DNA of 63,873 bases, filler included, from Nemertoderma westbladi (lineage: Eukaryota; Animalia; Xenacoelomorpha), in NCBI GenBank assembly GCA_032718475.1. It is 4 parts of 4 records of this genome, joined end to end, with 100 filler letters (N's around TTAATTAATTAA, not from the genome) between each part and the next. Parts side by side here need not be neighbours in the genome. Positions count along the whole stretch, not along the records: positions 1 to 20,706 come from JAUCBJ010003410.1; positions 20,807 to 41,146 come from JAUCBJ010001500.1; 2 more parts are not named here. One strand, written 5' to 3'. Within the stretch, counting starts at the first letter, position 1. Each line of letters starts with the position of its first letter. A program made the translations under genes and the position numbers. The notes beneath the pieces were generated by a model, which was given only the letters and a program-made list of their open reading frames with translations, did no database searches and was not told the DNA's origin. Of the stretch, positions 12,208-23,981 are shown piece after piece.

Positions 12208-15200
12208 TGGGACAAGTAATAAAGGACAGAGCGACAGAGTTAATGGGACAAATATTATGGGACAAATAGTATGGGACGAGTAATATGGGAGAAATGGTAT
12301 GGGATAAGTAATAAGGGACAAAAAGTATGGGACAAGTAATAAGGGGCAGATAGTATGGGACAAACCTAATGGGACAAATAGTATGGGACAAACCTAATGG
12401 GACAAATAGTATGGGACAAACCTAATGGGACAAGTAATAATGAACAAATAGTATGGGACGAGTAATATGGGAGAAATAGTATGGGATAAGTAATAAGGGA
12501 CATATAAAATAGTATGGGACAATTAATAAGGGACAAATAGTATGGGACAGGGCAAGTAATAAGGGACAAATAGTATGGGACAAGTAATAAGGGACAAATA
12601 GTATGGGACAAGTAATAAGGGACAAATAGTATGGGACAAGTAATAAGGGACAAATAGTATGGGACAAGTAATAAGGGACAAAGGTAATGGGACAAGTAAG
12701 AAGGGACAAATAGTATGGGACAAGTAATAAAAGGGACTAATAGTATGGGACAAGTAAAAAGGGACAAATAGTATGGGATAAGTAATAAGGGACAAAGCTA
12801 ATGAGACAAATAGTATGTGACAAGTAATAAGGGACAAATTGTATGGGACAAGTAATAAGGGACAAATAGTATGGGACAAGTAATAAGGGACAAATAGTAT
12901 GGGACAAGTAATAAGGGACAAATAGTATGGGACAAGTAATAAGGGACAAATAGTATGGGACAAGTAATAAGGGACAAATAGTATGGGACAAGTAATAAGG
13001 GACAAATAGTATGGGACAAGTAATAAGGGACAAATAGTATGGGACAAGTAATAAGGGACAAATAGTATGGGACAAGTAATAAGGGACAAATAGTACGGGA
13101 CTAGTAATAAGGGACAAATTGTATGGGACATGTAATAAGGAACAAAGCTAATGGGACAAATAATAAGGGAGAAATAGTATGGGACAAGTAATAAGGGACT
13201 AATAGTATGGGACCAGTAATAAGGGACAAATAGTATGGGACAAGTAATAAGGGACAAATAGCATGGGACTAGTAATAAGGGACAAAGCTAATGGGACAAA
13301 TAGTAGGTGACAAGTAATAAGGGACAAATTGTATGGGACAAGTAATAAGGGACAAATAGTATGGGACAAGTAATAAGGGACAAATAGTATGGGACAAGTA
13401 ATAAGGGACAAATAGTATGGGACAAGTAATAAGGGACAAATAGTATGGGACAAGTAATAAGGGACAAATAGTATGGGACAAGTAATAAGGGACAAATAGT
13501 ATGGGACAAGTAATAAGGGACGAATAGTATGGGACAAGTAATAAGGGACAAATAGTATGGGACAAGTAATAAGGGACAAATAGTATGGGACAAGTAATAA
13601 GGGACAAATAGTATGGGACAAGTAATAGGGGACAAATAGTATGGGACAAGTAATAAGGGACAAATAGTATGGGACAAGTAATAAGGGACAAATAGTATGG
13701 GACAAGTAATAAGGGACAAATAGTATGGGACAAGTAATAAGGGACAAATAGTATTGGACAAGTAATAAGGGACAAATATTATGGGACAAGTAATAAGGGA
13801 CAAATAGTATGGGACAAGTAATAAGGGACAAATAGTATGGGACAAGTAATAAGGGACAAATAGTATTGGACAAGTAATAAGGGACAAATAGTATGGGACA
13901 AGTAATAAGGGACAAATATTATGGGACAAGTAATAAGGGACAAATAGTATGGGACAAGTAATAAGGGACAAATAGTATGTGACAAGTAATAAGGGACAAA
14001 TAGTATGGGACAAGTAATAAGGGACAAATAGTATGGGACAAGTAATAAGGGACAAATAGTATGGGACAAGTAATAAGGGACAAATAGTATGGGACAAGTA
14101 ATAAGGGACAAATAGTATGGGACAAGTAATAAGGGACAAATAGTATGGGACAAGTAATAAGGGACAAATAGTATTGGACAAGTAATAAGGGACAAATAGT
14201 ATGGGACAAGTAATAAGGGACAAATAGTATGGGACAAGTAATAAGGGACAAATAGTATGGGACAAGTAATAAGGGACAAGGCTAATGGGACAAATAGTAT
14301 GTGACAAGTAATAAGGGACAAATTGTATGGGACAAGTAATAAGGGACACATAGTATGGGACAAGTAATAAGGGACAAATAGTATGGGACAAGTAATAAGG
14401 CACAAATAGTATGGGACAAGTAATAAGGGACAAGGCTAATGGGACAGCAAGGAAGGGACAAATCTATCTAATGGGACAAATAGAATGGGACAAGTAATAA
14501 GGGACAAATAGTATGGGACAAGTAATAAGGGACAAATAGTATGGGACAAGTAATAAGGGACAAATAGTATGGGACAAGTAATAAGGGACAAATAGTATGG
14601 GACAAGTAATAAGGGACAAGGCTAATGGGACAACAAGGAAGGGACAAATCTATCTAATGGGACAAATAGAATGGGACAAGTAATAAGGGACAAATAGTAT
14701 GGGACAAGTAATAAGGGACAAATAGTATGGGACAAGTAATAAGGGACAAATAGTATGGGACAAGTAATAAGGGACAAATAGTATGGGACAAGTAATAAGG
14801 GACAAATAGTATGGGACAAGTAATAAGGGACAAATAGTATGGGACAAGTAATAAGGGACAAATAGTATGGGACAAGTAATAAGGGACAAATAGTATGGGA
14901 CAAGTAATAAGGGACAAATAGTATGGGACAAGTAATAAGGGACAAATAGTATGGGACAAGTAATAAGGGACAAATAGTATGGGACAAGTGATAAGGGACA
15001 AGGCTAATGGGACAACAAGGAATGGACAAATCTATCTAATGGGACAAATAGAATGGGACAAGTAATAAGGGACAAATAGTATGGGACAAGTAATAAGGGA
15101 CAAATAGTATGGGACAAGTAATAAGGGACAAATAGTATGGGACAAGTAATAAGGGACAAATAGTATGGGACAAGTAATAAGGGACAAGGCTAATGGGACA

Positions 15201-16698
15201 ACAAGGAAGGGACAAATCTATCTAATGGGACAAATAGAATGGGACAAGTAATAAGGGACAAATAGTATGGGACAAGTAATAAGGGACAAATAGTATGGGA
15301 CAAGTAATAAGGGACAAATAGTATGGGACAAGTAATAAGGGACAAATAGTATGGGACAAGTAATAAGGGACAAATAGTATGGGACAAGTAATAAGGGACA
15401 AATAGCATGGGACTAGTAATAAGGGACAAAGCTAATGGGACATATAGTATGTGACAAGTAATAAGGGACAAATTGTATGGGACAAGTAATAAAGGGACAA
15501 ATAGTATGGGACAAGTAATAAGGGACAAATAGTATGGGACAAGTAATAAGGGACAAATAGTATGGGACAAGTAATAAGGGACAAATAGTATGGGACAAGT
15601 AATAAGGGACAAATAGTATGGGACAAGTAATAAGGGATAAATAGTATGGGACAAATAGTATGGGACAAGTAATAAGGGACAAATAGTATGGGACAAGTAA
15701 TAAGGGACAAATAGCATGGGACTAGTAATAAGGGACAAAGCTAATGGGACAAATAGTATGTGACAAGTAATAAGGGACAAATAGTATGGGACAAGTAATA
15801 AGGGACAAATAGTATGGGACAAGTAATAAGGGACAAATAGTATGGGACAAGTAATAAGGGACAAATAGTATGGGACAAGTAATAAGGGACAAATAGTATG
15901 GGACAAGTAATAAGGGACAAATAGTATGGGACAAGTAATAAGGGACAAATAGTATGGGTCAAGTAATAAGGGACAAATAGTATGGGACTATAGTAATAAG
16001 GGACAAATAGTATGGGACAAGTAATAAGGGACAAATAGTATGGGACAAGTAATAAGGGACAAAGCTAATGGGACAAATAGTATGTGACAAGTAATAAGGG
16101 ACAAATTGTATGGGACAAGTAATAACTAATAAGGGACAAATAGTATGGGACAAGTAATAAGGGACAAAGCTAATGGGACAAATAGTATGTGACAAGTAAT
16201 AAGGGACAATTGTATGGGACAAGTAATAACTAATAAGGGACAAATAGTATGGGACAAGTAATAAGGGACAAAGCTAATGGGACAAATAGTATGTGACAAG
16301 TAATAAGGGACAAATTGTATGGGACAAGTAATAACTAATAAGGGACAAATAGTATGGGACAAGTAATAAGGGACAAAGCTAATGGGACAAATAGTATGTG
16401 ACAATTAATAAGGGACAAATTGTATGGGACAAGTAATAACTAATAAGGGACAAATAGTATGGGACAAGTAATAAGGGACAAATAGTATGGGACAAGTAAT
16501 AAGGGACAAATAGTATGGGACAAGTAATAAGGGACAAAGCTAATGGGACAAATAGTATGGGACAAGTAATAAGGGACAATTGTATGGGACAAGTAATAAC
16601 TAATAAGGGACAAATAGTATGGGACAAGTAATAAGGTACAAATAGTATGGGATAAGTAATAAGGGACAAATAGTATGGGACAAGTAATAAGGAACAAA
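12208..16698. repeat. 28-bp minisatellite GGGACAAGTAATAA-GGGACAAATAGTAT (~4.5 kb) filling MAEA intron 2
   Basis: Roughly 150-160 direct copies, each made of two related 14-mers. Source of the repetitive minus-strand ORFs at 12194-16745. Confidence 0.98.
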
Positions 16699-17833
16699 CC
16701 CACATTAAATTGCGGCAATTCATTGTGTTCCCGTTTGCTACGCACAGAAGTGACAGTAAGTCCAGAGTCCTTTAGTCTCGCTCAGATAGGCAAGCTTGTT
16801 TTCTAGAATTCCGATTGAATATTGGCTATATCAACTACTTTTGGAGAATTTTCACATTCTTTGTCAATTTATTTGCAATCATGCAGACCTCGATAGCAGC
16901 TACTATGTTTTGAAATTGTCTACCATCCAGAGTTGAAACAGAGACAAGTCTCTGTTTCAACACTACACCATCATTTGTAGAGCCTTGGAGAGTAGTTGGA
17001 ATGCGGTAGGTTAGGCCGTGCCGTGCCTATAGCATGGGGAAATTTTTTTACTAAACAATTTTGATTACTGATGCCTTTTGTCAAGCTAGCTACAAACATA
17101 ATTTCTAAATTACATTTGACTTTAAAATAATGGTATATAATCTGTGCGGTGAGCTACCAGTTCATTCTCGCATTGGTTTCCGTCGAGATTTTAACTGCGA
17201 AACCCCAGAGATCATATCTGATCTAGAACTGATCTTTATACTTCACATGTATTTTCCAATACACATCGCCCATGTGAAGAATACCAGGTTTTCACTTTTC
17301 GGTCGAAATTCTACTGGAATTTTATATGAAGAATTTGTAATTTTCCAAATTTTTCCTTATTAAGTGTTTTATAGTTCTTATTTCTTCTGTTTTATAACCA
17401 GTGTAGATACTTCAGCCCTTCTGAAACCTGTGATTTTAGTGAAAACCTGATTGTACACATGGGGGGAAACTGCAAAGTGAAATATAACAGTAGTAAATCT
17501 GGCATAATTGACAGGGGCCATACACATTTCCATAATTAGACAAGCATTGAAGGTTAAGAATTAAGAGACCAAATTTGGCGGTCACAAAAAATCTACCTTT
17601 TTAAGTTTGTACATTATAGTGGCACAACGGTGAGCCAATTATATATATAAAGAAATATGTTTTCCATTGTTTACTGCTCAAAAGCTCGCGAACTTTTTCT
17701 AAAAAGTATTTAACAAAATCCAAACCTTTATTAACTTATTTTAAACTCTAACCAAAAAATCACACCCTGTGGCTCTTCAGTTAGTTCGATCTTTAATTTT
17801 GCTTCGACTTTATCGTTCCTTTTTATATCACAG

Positions 17834-18402
17834 GCGACGAGCGATTGGAAGCTATTAAACACGCGCGGAAGTATCTCGCTACCATGGCGACGGAGGACTC
17901 TATGCTGGACCACCTGCAGACTGTAATGGGTATCCTCGCCTTCCCTAGAGACACCCACATATCCCCCTACAAACAGCTGTACAGCGACGCACGATGGGAG
18001 GCCCTTGTCCTCGAGTTCCAATCCAACATTCTCGCTCTGCATCAGCTAACCGACGACTCGGTGTTCTCGGTCACTCTACAGGCGGGGCTATCCTCGTTAA
18101 AGACCCCCCACTGCTACCGCGAGGGCTCCCGCAGACACCCCGAGTGCCCGGTCTGCAACCCCAGACTCAACGACCTGGCCGCTTCCCTCCCGTCCGCCCA
18201 TTGCTCCCAGTCCCGGCTGGTCTGTCCGGTCTCCGGCCTCCCCATGAACGAACACAACGCCCCTATGATGCTGCCCAACGGGCGGGTCTACAGTTACGAT
18301 TCCTTGCAGTCGCTCGCAGGTCGCGGTGGCGGCAAGTTTAAATGTCCCAAAACTGGGGAGGAATTCGTCTTAGAGCAGGCCGAGAAGGTGTTTGTTATGT
18401 GA
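17834..18402 (+). CDS. MAEA: MAEA coding exon 3 (CRA plus degenerate RING)
   Basis: Acceptor CACAG|GC; GDERLEAIKHARKYL..LQAGLSSLKTPHCY..CPVC..LPSAHCSQSRLVC..MNEHNAPMMLPNG..CPKT..AEKVFVM*. Confidence 0.96.
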
Positions 18403-19941
18403 TGTCACCCTCACCGCGTAGGTGTTTGTTATAGTTTATTACGTCACCGGCCGAGAAGGTGTTTGTTATGTGACGTCACTGGCCGAGAAGGTGTTTGTTA
18501 TGTGACGTTACTGGCCGCGTGTAGGTGTTTGTTATAGTTGTGTGACGTCACCGGCCGAGAAGGTGTTTGTTATGTGACGTCACTGGCCGCGTAGGTGTTT
18601 GTTATAGTTTGTTACGTCACCGGCCGAGATGGTGTTTGTTATTTGATGTGACGTCACCTCCGAGATGGTGTTTGTTATGTGACGTCACTGGCTGAGAAGG
18701 TGTTTGTTATGTGATGTTACTGGCCGCGTGTAGGTGTTTGTTATGTGACGTCACTGGCTGAGAAGGTGTTTGTTATGTGATGTTACTGGCCGCGTGTAGG
18801 TGTTTGTTATGTGACGTCACTGGCTGAGAAGGTGTTTGTTATAGTTGTGTGACGTCACCGGCCGAGAAGGTGTTTGTTATTTGATGTGACGTCACCTCCG
18901 AGATGGTGTTTGTTATGTGACGTCACTGGCTGAGAAGGTGTTTGTTATGTGATGTTACTGACCGCGTAGGTGTTTGTTATAGTTGTGTGACGTCACCTGC
19001 CGAGAAGGTGTTTGTTATTTGATGTGACGTCACCTCCGAGATGGTGTTTGTTATGTGACGTCACTGGCTGAGAAGGTGTTTGTTATGTGATGTTACTGGC
19101 CGCGTAGGTGTTTGTTATAGTTGTGTGACGTCACCGGCCGAGAAGGTGTTTGTTATTTGATGTGACATCACCTCCGAGATGGTGTTTGTTATGTGGCGTC
19201 ACTGGCTGAGAAGGTGTTTGTTATGTGACGTCACTGGCCGCGTAGGTGTTTGTTATAGTTGTATGACGTCACCGGCCGAGAAGGTGTTTGTTATGTGACG
19301 TCACTGGCCGCGTAGGTGTTTGTTATAATTGTGTGACGTCACTGGCCGCGTAGGTGTTTGTTATAGTTGTGTGACGTCACCGGCCGAGAAGGTGTTTGTT
19401 ATGTGACGTCACTGGCCGCGTAGGTGTTTGTTATAGTTGTGTGACGTCACCGGCCGAGAAGGTGTTTGTTATGTGACGTCACTGGCCGCGTAGGTGTTTG
19501 TTATAGTTGTGTGACGTCACCGGCCGAGAAGGTGTTTGTTATGTGACGTCACTGGCCGCGTAGGTGTTTGTTATAATTGTGTGACGTCACTGGCCGCGTA
19601 GGTGTTTGTTATAGTTGTGTTTCGTCACTGGCCGAGAAGGTGTTTGTTATGTGACGTCACTGGCCGCGTAGGTGTTTGTTATAGTTGTGTGACGTCACCG
19701 GCCGAGAAGGTGTTTGTTATGTGACGTCACTGGCCGAGAAGGTGTTTGTTATTTGATGTGACGTAACCGGCTGATATGGTGTTTGTTATGTGACGTCACT
19801 GGCCGAGAAGGTGTTTGTTATGTGACGTCACTGGCCGCGTAGGTGTTTGTTATAGTTGTGTGACGTCACCGGCCGAGAAGGTGTTTGTTATGTGACGTCA
19901 CTGGCCGAGAAGGTGTTTGTTATTTGATGTGACGTCACCGG
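18378..19941 (+). repeat. 32/38-bp minisatellite GGCCGAGAAGGTGTTTGTTATGTGACGTCACT whose first copy is the end of the MAEA CDS
   Basis: About 45 copies. The monomer equals the codons for AEKVFVM plus TGA, and most copies contain TGACGTCA. Confidence 0.97.
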
Positions 19942-20706
19942 GAGGTTACCGTACTCCCTACTACTGTATGGAACTTTTTTGTTAATGCTATAATTTCTTC
20001 TTGTTGGAGGTTTTGCATATTTTGTGACTTTCAGGAGACAAGCAGATGACAATAATTTATGTTCAAATACATAATTTGAAATTTTTTTGAGTTAAATTGG
20101 AGTTAAATTTTATGAATCATAACCAGTATTGTAGATACTAACTAATATAAAAATAAGAAGAAGAAAAAATGAAAATTTCCAACGGATAACTTTTGATCCA
20201 GTGCCGAAAACCATTCGAGCTTCGACAATTTTAATAATGAGTTAAGAAATGGCGGAGGAATGCTGCTTTGAAATTGAAAAATGTCATTACGGGATAATTG
20301 CCTTCAAAGTTTAAACCTTCCCGCGCAAGCTGTCTGTCTGGGTTCTGGTTGGTTAATTGGTTAATAACGTCTGGCATGAAAGAAGCACACCACAGATCTC
20401 AAATATTAATTACGGGGATCGGTGATTTCATTTCCGAAGGTCAGAAGGACAAATATTGATAACTCGAGAACTGGAAGAGATCTCGCTCAGGCGTTTTCAG
20501 ATTTACAATCTTCATTATTCAATTAGGCTAATTGTGACCTGCGGAGGGGTGGCGGGGGGGGGGGGGGGGGGGGGGGGGCATTCCACCTTTGAAAAAAATG
20601 AAATCACACTTATTTCCAATTGGTAATGTATAAACTTAAACTTTTAAGCATGTGACTTTAGTCGATTATTTAATTAATTAATTAGAAGGTTTAATTAATT
20701 TACATA

Positions 20707-20806
20707 NNNNNNNNNNNNNNNNNNNNNNNNNNNNNNNNNNNNNNNNNNNNTTAATTAATTAANNNNNNNNNNNNNNNNNNNNNNNNNNNNNNNNNNNNNN
20801 NNNNNN
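20707..20806. other. Artificial scaffold spacer (44N-TTAATTAATTAA-44N)
   Basis: The same 100-nt structure occurs at three positions; the linker has stops in all six frames. Confidence 0.97.
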
Positions 20807-23659
20807 GGGCTGTTGCGCTGTCAGTCAGAGAGGTAACAGCCCATGGGGTAAGGATTTACCCATGGGGCTCTAACTATCAGATAGTCTGATACCAACTGTC
20901 AGACAGTCTTTTTCAACTATCAGATAGATGATCGCCCAGTTACAAGTTGCCCGATAGTTGTATTTTTTAAACCCCGAGTGTTGTTGACGGAGTCTGTTAC
21001 TTCCGAAATCGTTGATCGTGGTGCCGGTGCCGGAATTCTGGCTTTGATTAAAAACACTGAACTGCTGAACGATGGCGGAATCTACGAAACCCGGCCGGAT
21101 TCCTAATCCGAGGAGGCGACGGAGTCAATTAAACGTAACAATGAAACGATCGCGATGGACACATGGAGTCTATTCAATGTATCCAGAACGATACGATGGC
21201 GGCGGAGTCTATTACAGTATTAAACACGCATCCAAAGCGATCAGATGATGGCGAAGTAATCTACAAAACAGAGAACGACAGGAAGGCGATGGAGTTTCTG
21301 AGTTAATTAAACCCAGTAAGATGTGCATAGCGAAGCGATCGAGACGGATAACGGAGTCTATTACAGTATTAAACACGCAACCAAAGCGATCAGACGATGG
21401 CGAAGTAATCTACAAAACAGAGAACGACAGGAAGGCGATGGAGTTTATTAAACCCAGTAAGATGGTGCATAGCGAAGCGATCGAGACGGATAACGGAGTC
21501 TATTACAGAATTAAACCTGGAACGAAGACGGTGGAATCTATAGGCCTAAACCTGGAACAATGCGAACAAGGCTACTCTAAAGTTAGACTAGACTGGTTTG
21601 TGAGATTAACTTGCCAATACTAACTCAATACAATTTGCTTTCTTCGAATTCCTAATAATATATTTTAATCTTAATAATAAATTATTCAACATCAATTATT
21701 TTATAAGTCTTGTCAATGTATAAGATTGCTAAAGACTAAAGAGCTAACTTTAGGAAGATCTGCCTTATATTTTTAGAATTATTATAATTAATTTTGTTAT
21801 GTTTATAATGAATTGTATCTTTTGACAGACTACTTGATGTGCGACCGTGATAATAAAATTAAATGGTGCCGAAATATTTTCACTTACTTAACTGCAGGGG
21901 GGGGGGGGGGGGGGGGGGGGCAATCAATATTCTTCCCTCTCCAGGTGAAAATCGACGCAAATAACAGCTTGTTTACTACTAAAATAAAACTGCATCCTGT
22001 TCTATAGGAAAAAACATTATAGGGGAAACTTTAGCAAGTTGTGTTTATTTTAGCCGATAGACAAGATTACATGTTTACCAAGTTTGGTATAATTTAGTCA
22101 AAGATTGAATAAGTTACGATTTAAATTATCAGTGGAGGGTGAAGGCGCCGGGCCAGGATTCAGTTATACTTGAATAAAGAATAGTGATTAAACCAAGCAG
22201 CCAAGGGATACGCGATATATGACACTGCTGTATAAGTTCATTGAATGACTGTTGATTTCGAAACATTTAATTCAAAACTATATAAATGTTAATATAATGT
22301 TGGATTTTTTTTTGTAATAATTAACAGATGAATTATATTTCATTAATTTATTTTTTTTATCTAATCACATTATTAAATAACGAAGCACAGAAATAATACT
22401 AAGATTGAATATTTAATTGAAGGTACAGTACCGAATTGAATATTTGAATGGGAGAATCTTTTAGGCTCGTTAAGCCAAGGAATGCCTGTTCACCACCATG
22501 GGTGATCTTTCACAGTAAACCCTTCCACTCTGTTTCCCAAGTTGCCTTGGTTCCCAATCGACCACTGAAGGATAAAAGCCGGGGTTGGGCTAGGCTGCAG
22601 CATTTAAAGCACTGTGCCCAAACAGTACTGCTCCATCTAGGGATCGAACATTGAATATTTGAGATTGCATAAGAGTATTGAATATTGAATATCTTCGGCC
22701 GTCATCCCGTTGGTGACTGCATTGGCAACCATTTCGACAGTTTCGATTGGTTTCGGCTCTTCAGTCCCCGAATAGACCGATGGTCGGCGTGGTTGCTGTC
22801 CCCATGACTGAGGCTGCATTACCAACCAAAATTGCCATCTCCAGGCGTTGGAGCAGAAACTGGTGTGACCGCGGTTCGTGGGTGGCACTGTGGAGACGAG
22901 CCCCGATCTCCCGGAGGAAGGTGGATGTCTCTGGACCAGGGCGGCCAAAGGTCTCAAAGGCCACGGGTGAAATAAATGGCCCCGGTCCATTAGGTCGCGA
23001 TACTTAGAGTTTTTAATGCGCTCCGCCCCCTTAGCTGAGTGCCCCTCGGCAATGATGGTTTGTTGAAGGTGGCTGGGTGGCCAGTGGATCTAGTAATAAT
23101 TAACGCAAAGATATGATTAGGTAGGCCTACGTGATATTACTGTATTAATTTCTCAAACCAAACCTCCATTGACGTCAAATATATCCAATTTCTCAATCCA
23201 TACTAATCCGTATGTAATAATGCAGTAATGTACACTGTAATGCAATACCGGTAATGTCAATGTCCAACCAAACAATGCGTTGAGTGTTATCGGACCAGCC
23301 TCCGAGAAATGTTAGGCTAACGGCACCTCGCTCTGTCGCATCAGTTTTTGTAGTGGTCGGTGGTCTAGTTCCAGGCTACCAGAATCCGTTAGGCCTAGTG
23401 CATGACATAGAATCAGCACATCCTGACATCTGTGCAACTCCTGAACTCACGCGAGCATTTTACAGATGGTGGTCTAATTTATATGGTCTTGTACCGCGAA
23501 ACCGTGTATTATTTACAGATGTAGGCTAAATTTAGGGTCTTGTACCGTGCACAGTACTGGTGGGCCTACACGGCTACTGCTATTTTGCCTAATACAGGTC
23601 CCAGAGGTAAATCCTTACCCCACAGGCTGTTACCTCTCTGACTGACAGCGCAACAGCCC
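20807..23659 (+). mobile_element. Composite non-autonomous TIR element, copy 2 (both ~53-bp TIRs present)
   Basis: Starts GGGCTGTTGCGCTGTCAGTCAGAGAGGTAACAGCC..GGGGTAAGGATTTACC and ends GGTAAATCCTTACCCC..GGCTGTTACCTCTCTGACTGACAGCGCAACAGCCC. Carries CRE and SINE fragments and an internal ~150 bp duplication at 21200-21500. The TSD cannot be read because the left end abuts the gap. Confidence 0.85.
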
Positions 23660-23699
23660 TCTCTCGAGCTTTATGGTACAATACCGCCTGTATCAACCA

Positions 23700-23812
23700 C
23701 CCTCCGTGAACGCAGATTAAGATTCAGAGGGCACTGCTGGCGAAGTAAAGACGAGGTCATACCATATCTACTTTTCTGGCAACCAACTCATGGAAAGCTA
23801 CTCATAGGATGG
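23700..23812 (+). mobile_element. Short RTE-like remnant
   Basis: Translates RRLRFRGHCWRSKDEVIPYLLFWQPTHG, the same RTE C-terminal motif as ORF 155-484. Confidence 0.6.
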
Positions 23813-23981
23813 AATGACCCTAACGGGTGTGTAACGATACACTGGCTACTGATAATCAGAGCCGAACCTGTAAACCAAACTGCAATCAGAAATAGGCCTA
23901 CCGCTAACGGTACCGCGGGCGGGGAAAACGGTAGGTGGGAAAAACTGTAAAACAACGGCTGAACTGAACGTCATAAAAACC

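Noticed and set aside
12194-16745. Many hydrophobic LLVPYYLS-type ORFs
   Set aside because: Antisense translations of the 28-bp intronic satellite.
20551-20578. Long G/C homopolymers (also 3974, 7412, 21897, 39894, 45501, 49976) as G-quadruplex elements
   Set aside because: Run lengths are unreliable in assemblies and most lie in repeats; no independent support.
20751-20762. TTAATTAATTAA palindrome as a biological site
   Set aside because: Identical and N-flanked at three gaps; an assembly linker.
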